Below are positions 1-22,259 of a stretch of DNA of 64,000 nt, one piece after another. Both the position numbers and the translations under genes were made by a program. The stretch covers positions 256,001 to 320,000 of the forward strand of contig CBDBZY010000064.1 of the NCBI GenBank assembly GCA_965213685.1. The letters are read 5' to 3'. The DNA is from a bacterium (GTDB taxonomy: Bacteria > UBA8248). A model generated the notes under the pieces. The model did not search any database. It was not told the DNA's origin and was given only the letters and a program-made list of their open reading frames with translations. The first letter of the stretch is position 1. Each line of letters opens with the position of its first letter.

Positions 1-261
1 GCTATTATATTTAAGACGCTTTCCCCCCCAAAAGTATTTTTCTAGATAGAACCCTGCCAACAACAGTGCAGTGTGGAGAGAATACTGCTAAGGTTTGTTT
101 ACACTCCAAAGAAATACACGTAGATATTGCCGGCACACAAATGAATGTCTACGATAGCAAATAGACTCAAGTATGAGTGTAGACACAGTATCTTCCTACA
201 GTACTTCTTGTACAGAGCTCACTAGCAGATCTCACTTCCAGCGGTGCGCCGCTAAACTTAC

Positions 262-413
262 GGGTAGGTCAGGCCTATGTGCCGGATGTCGATGGTAATG
301 CTCCCGTCGCTGGTTGTGCATTTGCAGAAGGTGTCATCCGGGATGCAGTCCTGCGCACCTGCCGCTGCTAAACATCCAGCTAGGGCCAACAGCAGGTGAA
401 GCAGCTTGGCCAT
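262..413 (-). CDS. MRH/CD-MPR-like receptor copy A, exon 1 only (remainder lies left of the window)
   Basis: ATG at 413 gives MAKLLHLLLALAGCLAAAGAQDCIPDDTFCKCTTSDGSITIDIRHIGLTYP, then a phase-2 donor CC|gtaagt. Signal peptide plus C-x6-CxC and xDI..YP match exon 1 of the paralogs. Near-identical to exon 1 of copy D (~40206-40350). Confidence 0.85.
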
Positions 414-1718
414 CGTGACACTGGTGGTGCTGCATATATGAATGTTTGTTGTTTCCACCTACCTATCATGGGATGCATATATCGCGTGAGTAGCACGTGC
501 GCCGCGGAATGTTCGCTCTTTCGCACATTCCCGCGAGCGAACGGAATCGCATTTTCCCGTTTTCCTCCGCTTTTTGCCGTTCGCTACACTCAATCACAAT
601 TTTGTGCACAATGCCCTATTTCTAATGCTGAAGGTCCCAGACTGCGCCACGTGGGCGGGAAAAATACGGCTGGCTTGCGAGACTAGCTTTTTACACAGGA
701 ATGACATTTACACTGCACCCGCGACGGCTTTGTTACGCACGTTCAACTGTAGAAGGAACTGAAGGGTTCCTTGTTGCTGCTGCCACAGATGCTGTCCGGC
801 ATAAGGGCATGGAGAGTGCATCATTGGTGTAATTCTATAGCTGCCGCACTCAATGCAATCAGTGAGGCAACGAAGGGACCTTGTAAGCTTTTTTCACACA
901 CCATTTACAGTTTATAATTGCCAGTCTGGTTCTCTCGTGTAAAAATGCATCATTCTAAGCTCTATAGCTATATGCATACAAAGAGGAGAGTCAGCAGACT
1001 ACATAGGGTAGTTTCTTCTTCTACCTCATGAAAAAAATTTTATTACTCAGCTAAGAGATGAAGATCTTAACACTAGAGTTCAACCCTCCTCCATGAGTCA
1101 GGCAAAGGTCAGTGCCCACTGAGTTCCTCAAAGTAGGAAGGTGTATAGCCACATTGGGTGCACATGTAAAATCCCCTCACAAGATCAGTGGAGAGGTGAG
1201 CTGTCACTGCACATCAGGTTCACCTCTGCCAGTAGTAGTATACCATGCTCTCTCTCCTCTTCTTCCTGCTCTTCTTCCATTTGACCCTCAGCCTCTTTCC
1301 ACTTCCCTTCCTATTATTTCCTCTCTTTCCCTTCCCTACTTTGCACCACAAACCTCACCTCCTCTTTCTCTCTTTCCCCTCCTTTTGCCCCTCATCCACT
1401 ACCTTACCTCTTCCATCCTCCTACCCACTTTCTTAGTAGTGCCATTTCCACTCCATAACAAACATATGCAACGGTGTACAGCCATGTGATGCACTGGCAC
1501 ACAATGTATATACATGCCTGAAAATATGACTCTGTGTTAGGATATTTGTCATGCAGCTACAGCATGTGAGAATGTCACTGTGAATAAAAAAGTCAGTATA
1601 CATGTATGTGTATATGTCTTGCTTGCTTAGGTGTACAAGAATCCCTGTGTGTTGCTATTAACAATCTTCCAGGTAGTTATACTGTAATGATCAGAGTTCT
1701 TGATAGCTCTGTGTTCTC

Positions 1719-10483
<8,765 letters not shown>

Positions 10484-12016
10484 TGCGAGTACTGTCACGC
10501 GAAGTGATCCGGTCCAATTTATTTTGGTATGCGATAATTACTCCGACCCGGAAATAGGTGGTCCGACCTGCGCGCGCGATTCGCGATCGCATTTCAAGTG
10601 CTCTGGCCTACCACAGAAAGTGTCACAAATTGTTGACAGAAGCTAGGAGAAAAGAAATTGCCAATCAATCATACTACACCATGCATGCCCGGCTACAACA
10701 TAACCCATAACCCTAGTAGAATTAGCATAGCTTGCAGTCATGAATCTGTGTTTTATCATGCTATAAACCGTGTACTGCGTACGCTGCTCCCCCCGTAGAG
10801 TCTTAGCTGCAAAGCTGCGGTATACACTTCTACCTTAACTGTGTACACAGCGCCTTGCCTGCCTTTACCCCCTCTCGCAGTGCCTCCCCCTGCCAGTTTT
10901 TCACGTGCCCGCAAGCTCTTTTCGAATTTTTACCCTCGGACCACTTTTGGCAAGGGGGGACCGTTTTTAGGTGCAAAAATTGGTCCCCCGGACCACTTTC
11001 ATTGGTTGCCAAAGTTCCTCCGCCCGGACCACTTTTGGCTGCCAAAACTCAGCCAAAACTGACCGCTTTTTTCCGATTATCGCATGACAGTACGCGCTGT
11101 GTGCGCAGGCGATAAGCGTAAACCCAGTGACCGCAGACTCATTAGTAGCTTACTAGTGGCCTCTCGGTGGCTGCATACCCATGCTTACAGAGAAATTGTG
11201 TGTATAGTCTGCTAAGCTATAAAGTGATGCGTGAACACACACTGAATTAATGTAGTCTATTCCCCAACAGCCAAGTCACATTCTCAGCCTGTAGAGATCA
11301 AGTGTAATCATAGATGTAGTAAACAGTTTCCGAAGTAAGCTTACACCAACTTCGTACAATGTCTACAAGTCTAGTCTAGCCCTACCTCTAGCCCCGACTC
11401 GTCACACGATCAGTGAACTACTAGAGTCCCGCCTAGCTTGGGCCCGAAGCTAGCTAAACCTTGCGGCTCCATTTAACAAGGCAGCGAACGGTAGCAGTGC
11501 TCTGAGGGTTGACGAGTAAAAGGATAGTCCGAATCGTGGACAGTATGCAAGATACAGTGTTGTGCACTGCGTACGAAAGCTGTTTTACTGAATCCTCCAT
11601 GCTTTTTCTTACATCCTGGTATTTCTGGATAGGAGTTTTCATAAATCGTGAAGTAGCGGTGAGAGTAGATTTAAATACGTGCAGCTATATAAGTCAGTTA
11701 TACTGGAGCAAAGAGACTTGGTGGTCGAAGGACTGTCCCTACTGAACGTTCCGATACTGTAATTCCGGTACCGTATCGCGCACGTTTACGTCCTCGAATC
11801 GGGATCACATTTTTGGCTGTGTATGAATCCTAATATCTGATTGGTCAGTGTGAGGTCCTTTATTTTGCTTATTAGACCTCTGATGGTGGGATTTTGTCAC
11901 CGTATTGGTCAGATTTACTTCTGACGGTGGAATTCTGTCACCTGATTGGTCAGATTTACTTATTAGACCTCTGAAGCTACACGGCCAAAAACGCGATCCC
12001 GATTCGATGACGTAAA

Positions 12017-12298
12017 CACTGGCGTGAGAAGCAGGGGGGCTGGGGGGGCTGTAGCCCCCCCATGTTTTTGGAATGGCCACACTCCCCAGTTATTGCACTT
12101 ACTGTGACACTGCTTTAGCTGTAGTTGTCTAGTTGGTTCTAATAGTTGTAAGTATAATGTTTTTTGTCTCAGAATGTACCAGAATTGATTTCAGAGTGTA
12201 CACATAAAAATTTCCCGCATGCCCCCAGACCCCCGTAGGTAGGATGTGCCGCCCACACGGTCAGCCCCCCCATCCAAAAGCATCTTCTTACGCCCCTG
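12017..12298. mobile_element. MITE with CACTGGCGT...ACGCCCCTG termini and 5-bp TSD GTAAA (hAT5/Transib-like)
   Basis: TIR and TSD read directly. A second copy lies at 21932-22259. Confidence 0.75.
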
Positions 12299-12339
12299 GT
12301 AAACGTGCGCGAAACGGTACGGATTACAGTATCGGAACG

Positions 12340-14820
12340 AGCTAAGAGGTACCAAATGTTGCGTAATACTGTAACTTCCATGATTCGTAAATCTCGAAGA
12401 GCCTACTTCAATACCTTAAGTTCAACTAACAAGAAACAGTTTTGGAAAGCAATCAAATGTCTTAGCAAACAAAAATCAACCATTCCTACTCTTATGTTAA
12501 ATGATGTGTCTGCATCTACCAACTCAGCCAAAGCTAAGATGCTGAATGACTTCTTCTCCAGCTGTTTCAATCCTGCTGTTCCACCATTACTTGAATCCCT
12601 AAATGATTGTCCATCTAACCACTGTCCAGATGATTTCCTCTGTTGTGAAGAGGAAGTAGCAGCCCTTATTCGCTCTCTGGATGTGTCTAAAGCCAGTGGA
12701 CCAGATGGAATTTCTTCTAGGATGTTAAAAGGCACACTTGAGAGTATTGTTCCATCACTAACAAAGTTATTTAACATTTCAATCAGGACTGGCAAGTTTC
12801 CTCAATGTTGGAAGGAATCATCCATCATTCCCATTCCGAAGGGTGGTGATAGTAGTAAACCTGGCAACTACCGGCCAATCTCCCTCCTCTCCATAATGAG
12901 CAAATTGCTTGAACGACACTTCCATTGGCTGCTTACTGATCATTTCAACACCTCTTACCAACTTGCTCTTAACCAGTGGGGGTTTCAACATGGAAAGTCA
13001 GCTGTGGCTTCTCTCCTAACTGTGGTCCATGCATGGCTTCAAGCATTGGAGACTGGCAAGGAAATTCTTGCCATCTTCTATGACCTTCGCAAAGCGTTTG
13101 ACTCAGTTCCTCATGTACCCCTACTTCAGAAATTAGAAGCTACTGGGCTTCATCCCCATATTCTGAAATGGGTGCGAAGTTACCTTACTCGGCGATTTCA
13201 AAAAGTGGTTGTTGGTGGTGAATCTTCAGCTCCTTTACCAGTGCTGTCTGGAGTACCACAGGGCTCAGTGTTAGGACCCTTGCTGTTCCTTATCTACATC
13301 AATGATGCTGCTAGCTTGCCTTTCTCCTCTGGTACCTGCATTAACTTATTTGCTGATGACATGTTGTTGTACAGAGGTCTCAATTCTCCAGATGATGCTC
13401 AACACCTTCAGCAGGACAATGACTTATTAAATACTTGGGTTCGCACACATCATCTGACTATGAATCCATCTAAGTGCAAATATATGAGAGTGTCTCGAAA
13501 GAGGAAACCAACTGATGTCCCAGCCATACTTCTAGAGGGTATTCCACTGGAATGTGTCGATACCATCAAATACCTTGGTGTCATCCTATCGTCAGACCTC
13601 TCTTGGACACCACACATTGAATCTGTTTGCACCAAAGCAAGGAAACTCTTGGGCCTACTTTACAGACGCTTTTACAATAGTGCCGGATCTGACACTCTCT
13701 TTGAATTGTATACCACACAAATCAGGCTACGTTTAGAATATGCAGCCCCAGTTTGGGATCCTTGTACAGCCAGAAGCATCAAAAAACTGGAAAATACACA
13801 GAAACCTGCATTGAAAATATGTTCTAAACAATGGGATAATCTGGGTTATCAGGATTTACTTGACCTTGCTAAGTGTCCTACTCTCCGTAACCGTCGTCTG
13901 TATTTTAAGTTGTGTACTCTTTATAAGATTGTTCATAAATTAATTTACTTTCCTGTTGATATATTGCCACTTAGGTCAAACCTCTCAGCACCTGTACCAC
14001 TTCTTCATCAACCCTTTGCACGCACCAATTCTTTCTTCTCATCTTTTGTTCTTTCTTCTATATCACTATGGAACAATTTACCCCACGAGGCTTTAACTGC
14101 TGACTCTATACACTCATTTAAGGGAGGGCGAGTCATGATTGCGTTCTTCGTCAATTACTCTACCGTCGCTTTCCCCCTACAATCACCAACGCTAAAACGA
14201 CAGCAATTCTTTGGCGCGGTTGCAAATTTGCTGGGAAAAATTCATATTTCCCGCTACCGTTGGACGTGCGGCGCTGTGTGGCGCCAACCGGTGAAGAGGT
14301 GGATGCTCGCCAAAGGGGAGTGAACTAGTTTATGCGCAATGGGTTGCTCGAGGCTTGGCTTGCTATTTTACGGCAGAATTTGCTACCGTTTTTCTAAATT
14401 CTGCAGCACGAAGAAAACGATTATATTTCTAGAAAGAAAGATTTAGCACGGATTTTTAAAGAAAACCTAGATAGCCAACATGCTTAGTAATCATCCATCG
14501 AAGTTTCGTCTCTGCAGCATTAGCCGTTATTGGCAAATTTTTTTTCTATAATTAGCGATATGCATATTGCGTAAATTTTATAATTCTATGAACCGACATA
14601 TCACGCAAAACTACGTTATTTCGCTAACAGGCATCATTAGGAGAATACAATAAAACATAAATCAGGCAAAATCATGTCTTAGGGTCGTCCTGCCTTAAGT
14701 CATCTCTCTGTCCCTTGTTTCTTTGTCCTTAGGTTGCATACCTTGTATTAGCACTCTGCTACTGTATGTAACCTTTGCATTTGGCATAAACTTTTATAGA
14801 AAAAAAAAAAAAAAAAAAAA
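12340..14820 (+). mobile_element. 5'-truncated LINE (ORF2 reverse transcriptase) with poly(A) tail
   Basis: Long open frame (part of ORF 12305-14323) with KASGPDGI, NYRPISLL, DLRKAFDSV, GVPQGSVLGPLLFLIYIND, LFADD and KYLGV. Poly(A) at ~14800-14822 and a short AACG TSD. The natural C-terminus (HSFK|SSLCPLFLCP*) is interrupted by a MITE. Confidence 0.92.
14122..14694. mobile_element. TTAA-TSD MITE (Kolobok-like) inserted in the LINE 3' end
   Basis: TTAA|GGGAGGGCGA...TCGTCCTGCC|TTAA imperfect TIR. LINE sequence resumes after it. Confidence 0.7.
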
Positions 14821-15789
14821 AACGTTCAGTTGGGGCAGTCCCTTCGTATATCGAGATGTATCGTGTTTGCCTTACAGCTCGAATCGACATGTAACCCCAG
14901 TGTCGGTTCGAGGCCGTAAGGGCCTTACGTGCTCGATTCGAGCTCCTCCCGGTCCTCGATTCCGGTACCTTACGGCACACGGCATCGAATCGAGCCCAAT
15001 TATTTTTGGTTGTGTACTTATTAGACCTCTGAAGGCTGTGCGTATTTGTACACGCTTTTTCCTCGTCGTAGTCTCAGGACAAGTCTTGTACGTATCACGC
15101 GCAAAGCGTCGCGCGTACGTCGCTTGCGCGTGGAGTGCGCGCGTCGTATCCGGGCCCGCGGGGCAGAGAGTACAGCTATCACGCGGAGCCATGGCGCGCA
15201 TATACGTGCCTAGTACATCTGCATGGTATATACACCTTATACCATGTGTTTGTGCACGCTTTCTGCGTGGTAGCCTCGGGACAACTGTTGTACGTATCAC
15301 GCACAAGGCGTCGCGCGTAAGTCGTTTGCTCGTGCGTCGTATCCGGGACGCCCGAGCCCGCGGGGCATAGAGTACAGCTATCATGCGGCCGCAGCCATGG
15401 CGTGTACGTGCCTAGTGCATCTGCATGCATGGTATAAATACCTTATACCATGCCGTGTCGGTATACCGGTATACGGGAATGCATAAGACCTTGGAAACCT
15501 TAGACCTTGCGCTTCGCGCGCGGGTCTCTAAGCCGGTTTCCGCGGTCTTATACATTCGGGGGCTGTTACTTTCACATCATCCCATGTCCCCTCATGTGAT
15601 AAGCTAGTAGGCGTGGTCGAGTAGCGCACAGCGCTCACGCTCAGCGCCGCGCTCCGAGCTCCGGCTGGCGCAGGCCTCGGAGCCACGCCTTCTCGCACGC
15701 GGAGAGGGCCTGGTGTCTGGCCTATACGCGAGTTGTTCCCTTTGCAGGAATAGCTGCAAACCAATCAGCTAGTGTTCTAGGTACTAGTA

Positions 15790-15985
15790 CCTAAGGCAGC
15801 GCAAGAAGATGCCATTACCCAGTTTCTACTTGGCAGAGATGTGTTTGTGGCCCTACCTACGAGCTACGGGAAGAGTCTTTGCTATTTCACTCTGCCGTTG
15901 ATATTTGACCGTTTGAGGACAGTCACCAACCAGTCATTTGTGTTGGATGTCAGCCCCCTAGTAGCACTAATGAAGGACTAGGTGG
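15790..15985 (+). pseudogene. RecQ-type helicase N-terminal fragment (mirror copy ~19385-19580, - strand)
   Basis: PKAAQEDAITQFLLGRDVFVALPTSYGKSLCYFTLP...VLDVSPLVALMKD*V corresponds to RecQ motifs 0/I/Ia, with an in-frame stop. Confidence 0.8.
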
Positions 15986-17081
15986 CTCACTAGTTTAGCT
16001 GACATAGACCTTCCTTCCACATCTTCCTCACCTGCTCTTCACACTTCCTTCCACATTTCCTTCACCTGCTCTATTGTATGCTCGGTTCAATACCAAAGTA
16101 TAAAAAAGAAGGAAAACAAAATAAGCACTGTGATACCTATATTAGAAGGAATACAGAAAGTAAAATATGATGGCAAAGCAACATGGAGGACGAATTAAGT
16201 GATGTCAGACTTGGCTACTACAAGTGGATTGGCTTGCGTTTCTGCATCACCCACAGTAGACCGAGTGCCTCAGATGCACAGTATGGAAGATCTCAGGAGA
16301 GCAAGAAATAGCTTGCCTTTCATCCATCCCAAGGTGCTGCCGTAGGACTGGTCCTATTTCTCAGCTAACATTGATGCAAGCTTCTTGTAGCTGACTCTTG
16401 CAGCATTGCCCACTTCTCCAGACTGGGACACCACAAGAGGTGTGAATGAGCCTTGCTCTACTTTCCGAACATGTTCGTTCCTTTTCCATGCTGAGCAAAG
16501 AGCTGGAGGGCAGCGTTTGTCTGGCCCTGGAACCAGTGTCAGTCTCTGAGTAGGCGGCCAAGGCCTCATCTATCATCTTCATCAATGTACCCAAGTCATG
16601 GTCCCCCCAAACTAAGGAAGGGTTGGGCAATGGGTAGGCCTATGGAGGCGGAAGGTCAGAGAGTAGAGATGATTGTGGTTGCATAACATGGTGGGCAGAA
16701 ATTGGGGTTGGGCTAGTGGAGAATCCTTTATTCCTGGAGTCGATGATCCCGACAACTGCATCAGTGTTTGTGGCTGATACCAGCGTGTCTGAACGGAGGA
16801 AGGGAGTGAGACATCAGCTATGCTGGCTGTGGTGGCCGGTGACTGCGAAGCTGATGATAGCTGCGTGTTTATACAGTTTCTGCACTTTCCACCTCCGTTG
16901 CACTGGCAATACAGAGTCATCCTCGAACGTACCAACGCCCCTATGACACTGCAAGTAGCTGAATAAAACTCGTTACGCTCTAGTTCTTGGGAGCCACGCC
17001 TACTCGCAAGGCTAAGGACACGCTCCCGCCTACGACATCGCGTATTGCGGTCAGCTTGTTACGGTCCTCGGGATTACGTCA

Positions 17082-17261
<180 letters not shown>

Positions 17262-17649
17262 CTATTAGTAGGTGCGTATGGTACAGGATTCACACACAAG
17301 CCCTAACTCGGTAGCTGGCCCCATTCTCTTCGAAGGCTTTTGTTCTTATACTCCACAGTGACCTGTACAAAAGACTCTAGTTCTGATAACCAAATCAGTT
17401 CCCAGTGTCCTTGTGTGCTTAGCAACGGCAGCATACTGGCTCAATCTGAAACAGATGCTACAAGTAGCCCACAACCTTGTATTGTGACTGGTGACAATGT
17501 TGTTTCCCCTCTACAATTGAGCATTGTTCCTTAGTATCTCAGATGTCTGATGCTAGTCATGATAATATGAATGGCAACAATGAAACGCACATCAGCATTG
17601 ATATTGACTCTGACCGTACTGCTCATCCATTTTTGGACAACTGAATACA

Positions 17650-18120
17650 CCCTCTCCCTCTTTGAGAATTCTATATGCTAATGCTAGAAATATATTGCCA
17701 AACATTGACGAATTAAGAACTGTTGTTTGCTGTGATCTCCCTGATATGGTTTGTGTTGTGGAGACTTGGCTCTCTGAGGAGATAGCAAATGAAGTATCGA
17801 TTGAGGGTTATGACTGCTTTAGACATGATCGAAATAGACAAGGTGGAGGCGTGTGTATTTACACAAGTCAATTCTTAGGTGGAGCACAGCATCTACAACT
17901 ACAAATGCATATAAATTTGGAATTTGTTATTTGTAAGTGTTGATAAGGGTGCAGTACTCACCACAATTGGATGTTTCTATCGCCCACATGCTTCAATCAG
18001 TGATGATCTACAGGATTAAATATTCTCATTGCAGCCGGCACTACTCAATAATTTTGTACTCATTGGAGATTTTAACATTAATTTTGCAACTGGAAGTTCG
18101 AAAAATTAACAAATTTTATG
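17650..18120 (+). pseudogene. LINE APE-endonuclease fragment in the spacer of the composite element
   Basis: LRILYANARNILPNIDEL...VCVVETWL...IEGYDCFRHDRNRQGGGVCIY, followed by frameshifts. Confidence 0.8.
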
Positions 18121-18419
18121 AAAACATTAGACCCAGTAAACTCTCTCTTAACGGACACTCCGAATAGCGGACTTCTACCAAATAACGGACGAGCCTTCTA
18201 TCCCGGTGAAATTCACTATAGACAGATATATTAAAAGGGGTCTGCTACTTTCACGCAATCCGATGTCCCCTATCACGTGCATAGCCAATGACGTAATCCC
18301 GAGGACCGTAACAAGCTGACCGCAATACGCGATGTCGTAGGCGGGAGCGTGTCCTTAGCCTTGCGAGTAGGCGTGGCTCCCAAGAACTAGAGCGTAACGA
18401 GTTTTATTCAGCTACTTGC

Positions 18420-19220
18420 AGTGTCATAGGGGCGTTGGTACGTTCGAGGATGACTCTGTATTGCCAGTGCAACGGAGGTGGAAAGTGCAGAAACTGTATA
18501 AACACGCAGCTATCATCAGCTTCGCAGTCACCGGCCACCACAGCCAGCATAGCTGATGTCTCACTCCCTTCCTCCGTTCAGACACGCTGGTATCAGCCAC
18601 AAACACTGATGCAGTTGTCGGGATCATCGACTCCAGGAATAAAGGATTCTCCACTAGCCCAACCCCAATTTCTGCCCACCATGTTATGCAACCACAATCA
18701 TCTCTACTCTCTGACCTTCCGCCTCCATAGGCCTACCCATTGCCCAACCCTTCCTTAGTTTGGGGGGACCATGACTTGGGTACATTGATGAAGATGATAG
18801 ATGAGGCCTTGGCCGCCTACTCAGAGACTGACACTGGTTCCAGGGCCAGACAAACGCTGCCCTCCAGCTCTTTGCTCAGCATGGAAAAGGAACGAACATG
18901 TTCGGAAAGTAGAGCAAGGCTCATTCACACCTCTTGTGGTGTCCCAGTCTGGAGAAGTGGGCAATGCTGCAAGAGTCAGCTACAAGAAGCTTGCATCAAT
19001 GTTAGCTGAGAAATAGGACCAGTCCTACGGCAGCACCTTGGGATGGATGAAAGGCAAGCTATTTCTTGCTCTCCTGAGATCTTCCATACTGTGCATCTGA
19101 GGCACTCGGTCTACTGTGGGTGATGCAGAAACGCAAGCCAATCCACTTGTAGTAGCCAAGTCTGACATCACTTAATTCGTCCTCCATGTTGCTTTGCCAT
19201 CATATTTTACTTTCTGTATT
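18420..19220 (+). mobile_element. Internally deleted CRE-like (RLE) retrotransposon relic within the arm (mirror ~16150-16950, - strand)
   Basis: N-terminal CQCNGGGKCRNC and C-terminal VRKVEQGSFTPLVVS..G..A...YKKLASMLAEK*DQSYGSTLGWM...LLRSSILCI*GTRS, typical of CRE C-termini. Confidence 0.65.
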
Positions 19221-20359
19221 CCTTCTAATATAGGTATCACAGTGCTTATTTTGTTTTCCTTCTTTTTTATACTTTGGTATTGAACCGAGCATACAATAGA
19301 GCAGGTGAAGGAAATGTGGAAGGAAGTGTGAAGAGCAGGTGAGGAAGATGTGGAAGGAAGGTCTATGTCAGCTAAACTAGTGAGCCACCTAGTCCTTCAT
19401 TAGTGCTACTAGGGGGCTGACATCCAACACAAATGACTGGTTGGTGACTGTCCTCAAACGGTCAAATATCAACGGCAGAGTGAAATAGCAAAGACTCTTC
19501 CCGTAGCTCGTAGGTAGGGCCACAAACACATCTCTGCCAAGTAGAAACTGGGTAATGGCATCTTCTTGCGCTGCCTTAGGTACTAGTACCTAGAACACTA
19601 GCTGATTGGTTTGCAGCTATTCCTGCAAAGGGAACAACTCGCGTATAGGCCAGACACCAGGCCCTCTCCGCGTGCGAGAAGGCGTGGCTCCGAGGCCTGC
19701 GCCAGCCGGAGCTCGGAGCGCGGCGCTGAGCGTGAGCGCTGTGCGCTACTCGACCACGCCTACTAGCTTATCACATGAGGGGACATGGGATGATGTGAAA
19801 GTAACAGCCCCCTTATACATTCCCGTATATACCTTCACATAATAGTTAGACGCTGAGTCCAGGGTTCGACGGTATTTAGAAACCCGAGGGCCCTGGACTG
19901 TAGCGTCCCGAGCGCAGTGAGGATGCTACTAAGAGCCCGAGGGTTTCTAAATACCGTAGATCGAGGCGTCTAACTATTTTAGAGCACGGCCACAGCGTCT
20001 GCGCGTTACTGCTGGCACGGGTCTAGCGAACGCGCGTGGAGTGCAGACGTTCTTACGTAATATTGCATGCTGTAAAGGGGTGGAGTTAATGAACAGGTTC
20101 GGCACGAAAAATAGATACCACGCCCGTCGCGTGATTTGCTCGAGGCACGAAAAATAGCTCACGGACCAATCAGATCACCGAATTCGGAGTAGCCGTGTTC
20201 TAATGCATGGTATAACCTATATTTATCCCATATATGGTGTAGAGTATACAAACGTGGCAAAGACAAAATGGCCACAAGTTGTCCGAGCAGAGGGAAGTTG
20301 CCGTACTTATCTTTTATAGACATGACACAGCCAGGGTGGCTATATGTCTTATTTGACTA

Positions 20360-20760
20360 ATAACAAAGACTGGTATGCAAAATTAGCTAAACAATTAACC
20401 ACATAAGGGTCATGAGTCTGCATGAGTAAGATAAATTTCTGTATACGGCTCAGGGATTCAAAGTGCGGGTATAGACTCTCCCTACCAGGTTGAAAAACTC
20501 CCTCCTTATATGTGCATTGCGGGTACATGTGCATAGCAGGTGAACTTCATCTTCTATTAAATTACAGGCAAAGCAGTCTTTGTTCCACATGAAGTGATGA
20601 CGGCTTATGGTACTGACCAGTTTCAATAGCTAAGTGATGGCAGCTTACTCGTAGTTTTGTTAAGGCTTTTCGATCGTTTGCTGAAGTAACACATGTAAGA
20701 CAGTACTCTAGCTGAAACACTTTTTTGAATAGTCGGTATGTTCGTAGCTTATTACTCATA
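20360..20760 (-). mobile_element. LINE ORF2 C-terminal fragment
   Basis: NKLRTYRLFK...RKALTKLRVSCHHLAIETGQY followed by a degenerate zinc-knuckle region. Confidence 0.7.
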
Positions 20761-20945
20761 TTCTATTTCCTTCCCCCAGGTCTACTTAGTTGGACATACG
20801 AGTCCTGAACATGCAAACTGATCACTCAGTTGTGTCATCATCAACACATTATTAATCAAGCTAGGGAGCCCGGTTATGTTAGTCTGTGGCCATGTAGGTA
20901 CGTGCGGAATCACGGCGCCCAGCTCCATCGGAACTTACGTAATAC

Positions 20946-21091
20946 GGGTAGCTATTTGAAATAGTGGCCAATGTCCAGCTGCGTCCCGTTACTTGTCATG
21001 CATAGTCTGTGGAGCATGCATCTTGAGTGCACACGAAGCTGAGGAGCGCCAGGCTAAGAGCACTGAGGAGTAGCCAGCACCTATCCTCCAT
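20946..21091 (-). pseudogene. Orphan, broken exon 1 of a copy-F-type receptor
   Basis: MEDRCWLLLSALSLALLSFVCTQDACSTDYA*: a deletion and stop relative to 48349-48192. No downstream exons were found. An insertion starts ~13 bp upstream of the ATG. Confidence 0.85.
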
Positions 21092-21104
21092 TTTGCATTT
21101 CTTG

Positions 21105-21750
21105 ATTAACCCTCGGCGCGCATGCGCAGCGAGGGTTACTGTACTTGCTTTGTCTGTCTGTGTGTGTGTGTGTTCGCTCTACCACTACCGCAGCAACCCC
21201 TCATCTCTACGCCCTCAAGTACGTACAGGTTTATTATAGGTTTTACGTACAGGTTTATTATAGGCTTTTGTTGGATTTCAATTCGTGGATTTTCGAATAA
21301 AACTTCCGTTCAAGAGTTATGGCGTTATTTGCTTACCACGATTACTGCCGCGCGATCCATGGCTCTTTTTTCGACTGGATAAGCTTTTCTAGTTGCTGCG
21401 AGGCCAGCTGTACACTAAACCTACGTAGAATACTTGTCAGCGTTGCCAAGTAGTGGCCAAAAAGTTCTACTCCGCAGTTCACCTTCCGTATTTGCTCGGA
21501 ATACCTCTGTATTACACGTGGTTGTTGTAGTTTTCCCTATACGTCCTCCGGTGCGTGCACGCGCGTAGCATACGTAATGTGATAGTGTGTGTACATGTAC
21601 ATAATCTGCCAGCTACCGCATAGCGCTAACAGCGCGCATGCGCTCGCAGTACAGCTTGGCACACCTCTTTACATTTATCAGCTGCTGATGTGGTACAGAC
21701 TAGAGCTAAACAGTGGGGTGTGCTGTACACTGATGATGAAGTTTGTGCAT
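21105..21750 (+). mobile_element. Helitron-like non-autonomous insertion upstream of the orphan exon 1
   Basis: Starts with the hairpin ttaaccctcggcgcgcatgcgcagcgagggtta plus a (GT/CTGT) microsatellite. The block 21105-~22775 is absent from the paralogous site at ~48360. Confidence 0.55.
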
Positions 21751-21931
21751 TATTTGAGGACAAGTCCAACTGGCCAAGAAGCAACCCTGTTACTGCAGGC
21801 TAGACATAGAATCTGATTATAGTACTTTTCTTTGAAATCTAGTACCAAGCCATTCGTTGAAATTGGTATAAGAATAGAATTCGAAGCCTGAGGTTCCCCA
21901 CATGTACACTGTGTCCTATGGGTGAAAGATG

Positions 21932-22259
21932 CACTGGCGTAAGAAGCAGGGGAGCTGGGGGGGCTGTAGCCCCCCCCCCCCCCCCCCCCCTCCATGTTCA
22001 TGGAAAGGGTCACACCCCCAGCTATTGTACTAGTAATAGATACTGTGACACTGCTTTAGCTGAAAATTTTAGTAGCTGAAGTTGTCTACTTTGCTCTAAT
22101 AGTATGAGTCCATGTTATGATATTTGTCTCAGAATGCACCAGAATTGATTTCAAGGTGCACACGTATAAAAAATTTCCCAGGGAAGTATGCCCCCAGACC
22201 CTCCTGGGTAGGTTGAATCGCCCACAAAGTCAGCCCCCCCCCATCCTCTTACACCCCTG
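21932..22259. mobile_element. Second copy of the CACTGGCGT MITE, 5-bp TSD AGATG
   Basis: agatg|cactggcgtaagaag...cttacacccctg|agatg. Confidence 0.75.

Larger units (their letters stand above)
11730..14842. mobile_element. Long-TIR MITE hosting nested insertions
   Basis: Left TIR ggactgtccctactgaacgttccgatactgtaattccggtaccgtatcgcgcacgtttacgtc. Its reverse complement is split into 11995-12016, 12299-12339 and 14821-14842 by insertions. Confidence 0.75.

Noticed and set aside
12305-14323. 672-aa ORF as a host gene or complete LINE ORF2
   Set aside because: It lacks the endonuclease; the GTG start comes from the flanking MITE and the last ~65 aa from an inserted MITE.
14723-15430. Overlapping Arg-rich ORFs on both strands
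   Set aside because: GC-rich repeat DNA with an internal tandem duplication and no recognisable domain.
15790-15985. Host RecQ gene
   Set aside because: It is a short fragment with a stop codon inside a transposon arm, and no further helicase motifs follow.
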